From Lytechinus pictus (taxonomy: Eukaryota), in the NCBI RefSeq assembly GCF_037042905.1, contig NC_087254.1:35278001-35342000 (forward strand): 64,000 nt of DNA. The letters are read 5' to 3'. The translations under genes and the position numbers were made by a program. Positions 53,098 to 64,000 of the stretch are shown here, in pieces. Each line of letters starts with the position of its first letter. Within the stretch, counting starts at the first letter, position 1. The notes under the pieces were generated by a model. The model was not told the origin of the DNA and did no database searches. It saw only the letters and a program-made list of their open reading frames with translations.

Positions 53098-56000
53098 AAT
53101 GCAGAAGTCCAACAGGTATGAATATCATAATCTGCTATTATATAGCATTGAGCACTTTGTACAATCACCAGCATCTCATCTACGGATATATGTAGATATA
53201 TTCAATTCCCCCTCTCTCTCTCTCTTTCTCTCTCAGAATAATGCTCATCTTTCTCTTTTCCCTGTCTATCATAATGCTAATGGCCTCTCCCCTTTATTTC
53301 TCTCTCTCTCTCCTTCTTTCTCCCCCTCTCTCTCTCTATCTTTCTGAATAAGGCTACATTTGGTCCTTTCCTCATCAATTTGCGTCCGCCAGTGATGTCC
53401 ATGCTTTCTTTCTCTCGGGCAAAATATCGATGAACTTATTGACAGCAGGATGAGAAATCAAATTTCGATGCAATTCAATTCCACATCACGCTCTACTCAT
53501 CCTAAAAATAGATTTCAGCGAACGGTTTGGCCAGTATTCAATTTCCTTCTTAAAGTTTTTTTACATTACTCTTTATGGTTATAAATTTGCTCCATGTGTT
53601 GGGTAGTTTGAATCTTTAAGTTATGGGAGGAGAGGACCCATGCCATATTAAATTGTAATTTCGATTGCTTTTGGATGACTGAACAAGACTTGCGTACAAA
53701 AATCCAAATATTCCCAAATAAGTTGAGAATCAAAGGATGTTGCATTTCCTTTTGGTTATAATTTCAACGATGTGATCGATATTTTGAATACTTAGTTCTG
53801 AATAAAATTTAAAAAAATGTAATTTGTAACTAATGTCCGGAGGTGTAACGTGCATCAAAAACACACAATTTTCAAAAAAGGTGAAATTACCTAACTTGTT
53901 GATTCATTCTCCATTCTGATTAACATGGCGTTTTTATCAACACTATCGTCGAAATGATTTACATCACAATTAATCTTCTGCATGAGATCTGAAGTTATAT
54001 ACATGATTTTAAAGGATGGCAGTGATAGCAATGGTAACTAAGAATGATGATGATTATGATGATAATAATAATAATGATGACAACAATGATAATGAAAATG
54101 ATAATTATAATAACATAAATAATAATCACAAATATCTATGATAATTCGAGAAAGATTTGAAATTGAGCAAATGCCCCATTTCCCACATTCTTTCCTTCCG
54201 TCTTGCACAAATACTTATATGCTTTTCACACTGAACTTTTATTCCTTAACCCCGGAAATGGGTGGGGCTTAGGGAGTGGGGTCTTAGCTCCATCAATTGC
54301 CCGAGGCTAAGCTTAGTCCGGGGTTAGTGAGGGGTAAAGGAAATGCAGTATGAAAAGAAAAAACACAATACACACTCCATACCCCCACCTAAATACACGC
54401 ACACACACGCCTGAATCTCCAATCATGTATGTATAATTGTTCCCCTTATTCTACCTTACCATATATGGCTATACGTACTTCTCTCCACTTTTTCCCTACA
54501 TTGTTCATTTCAATAATTTTTCCTTGAAAACCTCGCTCTCAACCCTATTATTATTCAATCTTTTGAATGTTTTCCTTTACCTTATCATTATTTTGGCCGA
54601 ACAATCTTATCCTGTTATCTTATTTGCCATGACATTTCCCTTCCTTTCCTCATCTCACCGAATATCTTACCTACGTACTGTCTTACTCGCGAGTGCATGA
54701 TTACACTTTATCTCAATGTAGAGTAGCTCCTAAAGTGGAGTGACTATAGATTTCAGTCAGAGATTACCCGAGATGCTTAACATCAAAAACGTGTACAGGG
54801 GTTAAGCATAAAGATCAAATGGAATATAAGGGAGAGATAATACGGAAAAGGAGAGCAACAGCAGTGAGGTGTCCACAACTAAAATATTACAAAATGAATT
54901 GGTAATAAAATAATTAGTGTGCAGGCGTATATGTTTGTCATACAAAATGTTGACAGCTAAATGGAATCGGACAAGGAATAAGAAAGTTATCGCTGTTAGA
55001 AAAACGGGATTACCAAGTCTGTGTAAATTTTAAGAGGCAGTTTGGTGAAAAGAATGTGGGATTTGGTAGTGGTATGCTCCCTTTTGCTTTGTAGGCATTA
55101 TCATAAGGAATTTATGTTGTCTTCTCATCTAAGCACCATTTCTCAAATCTTAGATAGATGTCCTCATAAAGGAAAAAAATATCAACATATAAAACAGAAA
55201 TATCTTTCTCAGTAAAATCTAGAAAAAAATACGAGATTTTAGTCATTTTAGATAATTTATATTGATTTATTGTTTTCTCCTGCATTCATATCATTCGTAT
55301 AATAAATTTTCCCATAACATTAACAAACATAATTGATTAAAATCTGTTTTTGGCATGAATCATAGAGAGAGGAAAAAAATTATAACAGAATATAATTCTA
55401 AACAAATATGATCTGCTACCAACTTATAACAAAATCACAATTTGCAGGAGAAGGATTATCACAGTAAGCAGATTGCTTGAAAGAAAAATGACATATTGGA
55501 TCGAATGGATCAGTATATTTTCCCTACATAGCGTACGTCTGTACATGGTTAATTTGAAATACATATAGATATGGTGATTTATTTTTCTTTAAATAACTTT
55601 TATATGCATTGAATATACATAATTCCTTATTGCATGTCCGACTTTCTTCAAATTGTCTCCTGCCCACTTCTATGATTTATTATCTTTTTCTTTCAAACTA
55701 ACTTTCTACTTGGTTTGGAATTCCCTTTAATTCCAAAGGAAGTAATTAATATTTTTCATTGTCAAATTATGATTTTTTTTGTCTGTTTAATAATAGACGA
55801 GAGAATAAATCATTTAACCCCGGCATTTAACAGTTAAAGATAAAATTCCTACCACGCTCGATTCCAAACGACAAAGTAGATTAGCGAGAAATACACCAAC
55901 CAAAATCACAATAAAAATCTTTTCTATCTACAATGCGTTCAGAATACGCTCAAGTTGTTACTTTATTTGTCGATATCTCCTCAAAACAAGTGCGCGAGGA

Positions 56001-58639
56001 TGCAAATCTCAGAATTTCAGATGGAAAGCGGAGCCAAAAAGCTGTGAAAACCAATACCACTACCATGAAGTAGTGTCACGTGACCCGTTTAAAGCGGTGA
56101 ACGAGGTGCGTTCGTTGACCACAGATCGGTGAAAGTGTTTTATTCATGAAGAATCTTCAGTGCGGGCAAAAGTGTAAACTTCTATATTGGTACGCCACTC
56201 ACCCGCGAAACGTTAAGTATAATTTCTAATGAAAATATACCGCAGATCTGCATTTAGTTGTCTCCTCCAGGGGGGGGGGGGGAATAAGGAGTGTTTGATG
56301 AATAAAAAGGATATTCATACTCGGGGGGGGGGGGGACTCAAGACTTTCCAAAGTGAAACGGTATATGAATTAAAAAAGATATTTTAGATATTAAAACATC
56401 TGAGAATATCATTCCACTGTGAAAGTAAATGAAACACACTAGTCTTATTTAGACATTGTCTTCATGGATATAAATTGCATTTTCTCAGGAAGACAGTCTG
56501 TGAAACCAGATTTCTATTATATTATCCGTATAAAAGAGGATTTACTATATATAAGCATTGCAAAAGAAGTACTAAGAACTACACCGTGTTGTAAATTAGG
56601 CCGATTTGTAGGAGAGTATGTTGTTAGGGTGGGTGCGTGAGTGAATGCATGTGTTTTTCAGTGATGTTATATGTGCACTAAGATTATCAAACTTGTGGAG
56701 ACACTTAATGAACTTGTTTCGCTGGTGAGGAAGTCACAAATAACTAGAAAATAAAATTGTGAGTGAGTGGGTGGTGTCGATATGCGTGTGAGTGTGAGTG
56801 TGGGCATGTGCGTGCCTGTGATAGTATTTCTTCCTCTTGATGCTCCCGTTGGTTGAGAAGCACGGCACAAACACTTGTCGTATATCCGAGGTCAAGTAGT
56901 TAGAAGGCATGACACAAACAGATCAAAATAGCTTCACGGCAGGCAGGAGTCAAGCCTTGAAAATGAAATGGATCTCTGGATGCATGTTTAATCTCGCTTG
57001 ACATAAAACCTAGTCTTTCCACCATTCAGTTTTTTCCTTGGTGTTTTCCTGCATATATAGTACAGCTACAAATTATAACATGCACTTTCTTTACAGTGGT
57101 ATGAAGAACTAAAAAAAAATCCCATTTTATTGCATCATGGGATATTGTGTTAACCCTTGTCCTGAGTCCAACACCTTTAGGTAAAGAAAGAGATCACGCA
57201 TTCGTCTAAAATGTGTTTGCCTTTGTCTTATTCTATCTACCCCCAACCTATTTACTTTCTTTCAATGTCATGAATATGCTATCAGGTAGTTACGAAAAAG
57301 GTTGCATTTGTTTTTATTGCTTCCGCAATCTTCAGGTGATTTGGCACGACAGTGACGTAAATTTAAAGTGTAGGCACAAACAATTTGAAATTCATTACTA
57401 CCATTAATCGCAGATTTTTAAGTTCATTAACTACTTTTCGAGGGAGGGGATGCATCACGCTGTAAAAAAAGAAATTATAATTATTGTGTGATTTCCAAAA
57501 TGTTGTAAATCGGATTTCGACTGTACAACAATTTAAGGTTGACAGGTTCATGAGTGATTACTGGTTAGGGGATATCACCTGATGTGGTTTTCATTGACAA
57601 TGAAAAAATACAGTCTGACTTGCCGATCTTCGAGCAAAGCATATACTAACGAGCTCTAAATACAGTTATTAAATATTTCTTTAAAAGGACAAAGTGAATC
57701 TTTCAAATGAAAGGTGACATGGTGTGACTTTATCCAATTCTTTTAACAGGCACATGGCATTAATTTGTTGTATCTGTGTTCTCGTTTACTTTCTCCAAAG
57801 GAGTCTTAAAACATTTTTTTTTATATTTGTTTCATTTCAGACACTCTATTTTATACCCAATACCAGGATTTCATCCTGGGATGGGTGCTTCAGTTAGTGG
57901 TTCGAACGGAATACAGAATGGTGGTCAGTGGGCATGGCGTGCTCACCAAACGACCATTCAGCCTCCACCACAGTACTCCTCACTCTATCCTGATCCGAAT
58001 GGGAACTGCATTCGCCCTACAACGAGCTCAAACTGCAGTGCAAACCCCAACAACGCAGCAAGCACGACAGCGGGATCCGGGCGAGCAGGTTCGGCGGCAA
58101 CCACACCAACAGGTACTGTCACCTCAACGCCTCCTTCAGAACAACGTACTCTGCAGCGCCCTCAGCGGTTAAACCCACCTCTCCTTTTACGCTGTTCTCC
58201 ATCTTCAGATCGACACGTCCATCACCATCATCACACTCACTATCGACAGAGCACACACTGTCCATCACCTTCACCTTCAGGTCAGTCGTGTAGGACACCA
58301 ACGCCGGTAGAGCATCGACCAGCTTTGACTTCACCCGGACAATCATTGACTGGCCAACAAACAGTGCGGTCTCCGACTACGCCACAGAACCCGCCATCTC
58401 GTAGAGCATCACCGCAAGATAACCACGCCTGTCGAGAGCATCAGGTATCATCACCATCATCACAGCAGGTCCATCTATTTCACCACCAGCATCCTTTGCA
58501 TCTTCCTCTTAAGCAAAGCCCGCTGACTGGTCCAAGCACACTTCCGTCATCCTCAAGAAGATCCTACCATTCCTCTTTACCATCTACACCTTTACTAGAA
58601 AGTGTGGATGAATCCAGGAATACAAGTGATTGTGTGTGA
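47481..58639 (+). CDS. Uncharacterised two-pass membrane protein with long Pro/Ser/His-rich tail, join(47481..47962,57841..58639), 426 aa
   Basis: Two GC-richer ORFs in AT-rich surroundings. Donor GA|GTAAGT (47963) and polypyrimidine acceptor ttcatttcag|A (57840) are both phase 2 and join as GAA in frame. Two hydrophobic helices (TWLRCGTLSSLILTLAGVAMIILGI; WIGIAASASGGSLLLLLLLISLIMASFC); PPPQY; ends TSDCV*. Confidence 0.8.
50678..50958 (+). mobile_element. tRNA-derived SINE, near full length, diverged
   Basis: A box (tggtgtagctg), B box (gttcgaatc), core ctttggcaaggcgtc...cactctcgactcggg...ggtacctgg, 3' gaatgctccccagg...aaagtgcatac shared with 26280-26340. Confidence 0.75.
51670..51783 (+). 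mobile_element. tRNA-derived SINE head
   Basis: ggaagcatcgtgaccgagtag...ggggttcgaaacccggcc followed by ccatgagcaagg core. Confidence 0.65.
53024..53095. repeat. (TACA)n/(TA)n microsatellite
   Basis: Direct reading. Confidence 0.9.
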
Positions 58640-59781
58640 TGCTTCTTGGACATGAATCATGAATGTGTTAAAAGGGGGGAGTTTTAGAACCAACAATGTC
58701 AATTATTAAATATGAAATTGAATATATTAAAATTGTCGAAAGTATCTATCAGAATAAAGTAAAGTAAAATGAAAGAAAATTAGTTATGTTGGTTGAAATC
58801 AGAAGGCTTCATCCAGATATGAGTTTAAAAATAACATTTTAGATAACAATTTATTTCAAAAGACAATAATACAGAGAAGTTATCGTTGATACAACCATCT
58901 CACTTTTTGGCTGCATGACTATATTTCTTGAATTTAACAATGTTTCTATTGACCATTTCTTTTTCTTAAAACTCATTTCGAAACGGAAGGGCAATCTTTA
59001 ATAAGTTCGACTGGATGTCGAACTCTATGGTATGCCGTGTTTCAATGGAAGTGTTTATTTTTCCAGTACACTAAGCATTACGAGATTTCCCCTTTTCATA
59101 CTTTTCCTAATATTGCATGCGAGTACATATACATGATGTAAGTGTGTGCATATGAGCGTGTGTAAATATAAATATTTAAAATCATTTTCTTTTATTTTAT
59201 CATTCAGGCAACAAGCTGTGATATTAACATACCTTTCTAAACCATAGGTGTAGAGATTTTATCTGTTATTTTATTTTCCACCAAACTCATTTTCATTCTT
59301 ATTTCAGGAATCTAAACAACCCCTCTCCAGTCCCCAGCGCCCCCCCCCCAAAGGAGCAAAATCTAATCATTATTTTTTCTTAGAAATATAGATTTCTTAG
59401 TTTTGTAATCAGAGATATATTGCATTAAGTCGGTTGATGAGATTATTATGACATATTGAACGATGTGCACACGCCCAAGGGTAACATAAGTTTTCCTTTA
59501 GCATGCCTAGTTTTTAAGTGGGTCCATGGAGACATATACACCATGCCTGTTCATTGTAGACATTTTTGCACAATGGATACATATTATGTACAAAACATTT
59601 AAATGCGAGTTATTTTATGAGATATATTCGTCATATTATTTATGGAATCATGAGAATGAAGTGCATGTTAATTGATTATAAAAACATTATTAAGCAATTA
59701 CAGGTATGACGTGTCTATTGTGTTTCAACAATTAAGAATTTAAGAAGACAATCTCTCTGTTCCATGTTTTAGTTCCGCCCA

Positions 59782-59898
59782 GGGGCCAGTAACACAAAAC
59801 TTAGCAATAATCGTAGAACATTTTTCTACGATTGATTCCATTGACTATAATGTACAATCAATCGTACGATCAATCGTTAACCTTTGTGTTACGGAACC
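59782..59898. mobile_element. Short palindromic MITE; sister copy at ~18006-18748 is split by a Kolobok-like MITE
   Basis: gtaacacaaa...tttgtgttac inverted ends; shared tagcaat(a/g)atcgtagaacatttt...ttgattccattga core. Confidence 0.7.
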
Positions 59899-61230
59899 AA
59901 GAACCTTTCCTTGGCATCTATTTTTTTTCTCCTCTGTGTTCACTCTGTAAATTATGGGAGGGTAAATGATGCACGTTTCTAGTCTGTGGTGTGTGAGTGT
60001 ATTATAGTGGATTGTGCCTACTCTCTCTCTCTTTATTATTTCTCTCTCTCCCCTCTCTCCTTCTCAATATTCAAATTTAATCTCTCTATCTCATTTTACT
60101 CTCACTCTTTTAATTTATCACCCACTCTTCCGTTCTTTCATCTCTCTCTATCGCCCACAACCACAGACAATAACACACACCCACTCTCGTATATTTTGAC
60201 AATCGGAGACTCATTTATCATCATCGCCGAAGTGAGGACGCGTGTCTGCGGAATATACACTCAAAATGTTTAATTAAATTCACTAGCCGGACTTATTATC
60301 GGGAACAACGTAAACATGGCTGGCTAACCGGGGACGCTTCCAGTCCCCTACACATACATCTTGAATTTAATTGTTCGAACGGGATCTTTATCAAAATCAT
60401 GCATTTACTATATTACATGGTTTGAAATGAGATGAAGAATTGGATTGGCATGGTTATGTGGATCGGGAACGTCCTCGGTTGATGGCAAAACATAAGAAAA
60501 TGTCCCCCGAAGAAGGTCATTATACAAAGTCAAGCACACACATGCACCCTTACACCCCATCCGCTCGTCCGCACCCTCTCCTAACCTTCCTTTCTCGCTC
60601 GTTCTTCCTTCAATTACCATTTCACGGGCAAGAAAATCTTCCCTTTTCTCTATCATTCGTTTGGCCAAAAACCATTTCCTCATGATTACTTTCAATCCAC
60701 GACCTCTCTTCTGCTTCCCCGCGTCGCCCAGTCATGGTGAAACAGAGTGCCCTTGAACTATTGTAGAAACCAATTAGTATGCAGGTGTTTCCTGAGTTTA
60801 TAGTCCTTTAGCTTGACCAAGGAAAGGATATTGCACTGCCGTATACTAAGAAGTTATAATGGTAACAGGTGGCATTCAAAGTCGTATAACTAGTCTTCAT
60901 AAATAAAATATTAGGATAGATTTTTTTTAAATAAACAAAAAATCATCATTCTTTGTATAAGCATAGCTCTATGGTATAAGTATCTAGTTTTAAATACGTG
61001 AAACGGTACCATCAATGCTAAACTCATTTTCATGAATCCATGATTGATAAAAAGACAATGTAGATGCTTCTTCGAGGCATGGCAAGGCATGTGGACGATC
61101 AACATGATCAAAAGACAACCCCCACCGTAGCACAACTACTAACACAATGATATACACAGCTAGTTGAAGCTATTGATGCTACAGCTATCTAAAACCTTAT
61201 ATATCTTTTGAATATAGTTTTCTGAACCTA

Positions 61231-63299
61231 ACGCTACAGTCACACCGACTAAACCGACTCCAGACCGATCAAAGCTATTACATTATTTCCATCATACACC
61301 ATCGGTCTATTTGGATTCGGTTTCGGTTACAGTCACACCATCGAAACCGACTCCAGACCGATCAAAGCTATTACATTATTTCCATCATACACCATCGGTC
61401 TATTTGGATTCGGTTTCGGTTACAGTCACACCATCGAAACCGACTCCAGACCGATCAAAGCTATTACATTATTTCCATCATACACCATCGGTCTATTTGG
61501 ATTCGGTTTCGGTTACAGTCACACCATCGAAACCGACTCCAGACCGATCAAAGCTATTACATTATTTCCATCATACACCATCGGTCTATTTGGATTCGGT
61601 TTCGGTTACAGTCACACCATCGAAACCGACTCCAGACCGATCAAAGCTATTACATTATTTCCATCATACACCATCGGTCTATTTGGATTCGGTTTCGGTT
61701 ACAGTCACACCATCGAAACCGACTCCAGACCGATCAAAGCTATTACATTATTTCCATCATACACCATCGGTCTATTTGGATTCGGTTTCGGTTACAGTCA
61801 CACCATCGAAACCGACTCCAGACCGATCAAAGCTATTACATTATTTCCATCATACACCATCGGTCTATTTGGATTCGGTTTCGGTTACAGTCACACCATC
61901 GAAACCGACTCCAGACCGATCAAAGCTATTACATTATTTCCATCATACACCATCGGTCTATTTGGATTCGGTTTCGGTTACAGTCACACCATCGAAACCG
62001 ACTCCAGACCGATCAAAGCTATTACATTATTTCCAATTATACACCATCGGTCTATTTGGATTCGGTTTCGGTTACAGTCACACCAATGAAACCGACTCCA
62101 GACCGATCAAAGCTATTACATTATTTCCAATGAGGAATCATCGGTCGGTTTGGATTCGGTTTCGGTTACAGTCACACCAACGAAACAGACTCCAGACCGA
62201 TCAAAGCTATTACATTATTTCCATCATACACCATCGGTCTATTTGGATTCGGTTTCGGTTACAGTCACACCAACGAAACCGACTCCAGACCGATCAAAGC
62301 TATTACATTATTTCCATCATACACCATCGGTCTATTTGGATTCGGTTTCGGTTACAGTCACACCATCGAAACCGACTCCAGACCGATCAAAGCTATTACA
62401 TTATTTCCATCATACACCATCGGTCTGTTTGGATTCGGTTTCGGTTACAGTCATACCAACGAAACCGACTCTAGACCGATCAAAGCTATTACATTATTTC
62501 CATCATACACCATCGGTCTATTTGGATTCGGTTTCGGTTACAGTCACACCATCGAAACCGACTCCAGACCGATCAAAGCTATTACATTATTTCCATCATA
62601 CACCATCGGTCTATTTGGATTCGGTTTCGGTTACAGTCACACCAACGAAACCGACTCCAGACCGATCAAAGCTATTACATTATTTCCATCATACACCATC
62701 GGTCTGTTTGGATTCGGTTTCGGTTACAGTCACACCATCGAAACCGACTCCAGACCGATCAAAGCTATTACATTATTTCCATCATACACCATCGGTCTAT
62801 TTGGATTCGGTTTCGGTTACAGTCACACCAACGAAACCGACTCCAGACCGATCAAAGCTATTACATTATTTCCATCATACACCATCGGTCTGTTTGGATT
62901 CGGTTTCGGTTACAGTCACACCATCAAAACCGACTCCAGACCGATTAAAGCTATTACATTATTTCCATCATACACCATCGATCGGTTTGGATTCGGTTTC
63001 GGTTACAGTCACACCAACGAAACCGACTCCAGACCGATCAAAACTATTACATTATTTCCAATTATACACCATCGGTCGGTTTGGATTCGGTTTCGGTTAC
63101 AGTCACACCACGAAACCGACTCCAGACCGATCAAAACTATTACATTATTTCCAATTATACACCATCGGTCCGTTTGGAGTCGGTTTCGGTTAAAGTCACA
63201 CCACGAAACCGACTCCAGACCGATCAAAACTATTACATTATTCCCAATGACATACCATCGGTCGGTTTGGATCCGGTTTCTTTCGGGTGACTGTCGCGT
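61231..63299 (+). repeat. 93-bp tandem array (~22 units) bounded by MITE-type terminal inverted repeats
   Basis: Unit acagtcacaccatcgaaaccgactccagaccgatcaaagctattacattatttccatcatacaccatcggtctatttggattcggtttcggtt (starts 61236, 61329...); ends ta|acgctacagtcacaccga ... tcgggtgactgtcgcgt|ta. Confidence 0.95.
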
Positions 63300-64000
63300 T
63301 ATGTTGCACATTTTTGTTAACACAAACTTTTCAATTTAGCTTTGTAAAGACCTAAAGCTTAAAAGTGTCCCTCACTCTCAATAGCTATCCTTTTGTTCAG
63401 ATCGGGGTTCAGATATCTAATATTGAAGAAGTCATTTGATTTAGATTCACCATCCAACGTCTAAAATGTCATGGCGTGTGACTCATTTGACTCTCTTTGG
63501 TTTTCTATAGTAAGGCGACACCGCTCGCATATTTTCCATCAATCTTAAAAGCCAATTCTTTCCAATCAAAAAAGAAAATAAACCAGCTACAAGCAATCTC
63601 ATATCCGGCCTAGCAGTCGATATTCCATCGACTTCTCAATCAGCGAACTAAATCAAATGAACCTTTCAAAAATAAAAAAGAAAGCCATTTGAACTCCCCT
63701 ATCCATCATTCTGGAAACGTTTCAAGACACGCCCGGATAGGGGATAAGATGGGGCATTGAGAAAGGCTTACAAATTTGTATACATTTTAGATTAAAATAT
63801 CAAGACGGGAATGGAAGTGATTATTAACTTTTATTATATTGATTAACATCTCAAAGTTGCTAAAATATGCCATTCTTCTTCATGGACAAACTACAAATTT
63901 TATAGTATAATATAGTATATTATTTATTTTGCGTATAAAAAACACACCCAAAAATGCAAAACGGATGGATAGCCCATATTCAGGTTAGTTGACATGACTA

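Noticed and set aside
61236-63280. CRISPR-like appearance of palindromic repeats
   Set aside because: No unique spacers, no cas genes, eukaryotic context.
61311-63323. Long ORFs (387 aa, 347 aa) with a 31-aa repeat
   Set aside because: By-product of a 93-bp (multiple of 3) unit with one stop-free frame; frameshifting variants are tolerated, starts are TTG, and the array lies within TIRs.

Overview
AT-rich, repeat-dense eukaryotic (invertebrate deuterostome, most likely sea urchin - inferred from the repeat families, not proven) genomic window. It holds two spliced + strand genes. The first is a complete 9-coding-exon PICK1 gene (ATG 1251, stop 24581, 410 aa, PDZ+BAR+acidic tail, 14.7-kb first intron). 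The second is an uncharacterised 2-exon gene (47481-47962 + 57841-58639, 426 aa) encoding a two-TM protein with a long Pro/Ser/His-rich tail, a PPxY motif and a C-terminal DCV. The rest is a mosaic of non-autonomous DNA transposons (TTAA/Kolobok-like, piggyBac-like, hAT-like, Harbinger-like, Tc1-like, CACTG-type), Helentron/DINE-1-like elements, tRNA SINEs, LINE 3' fragments, microsatellites and one assembly gap. The most notable observations: (1) a candidate 7SL-RNA-derived (Alu-like head) composite SINE at 2578-2758; (2) a 93-bp x ~22 tandem array enclosed by MITE termini, whose single-unit ancestral MITE is also present twice elsewhere in the window; (3) a three-layer nest MITE > LINE > Helentron at 41.5-44.4 kb.
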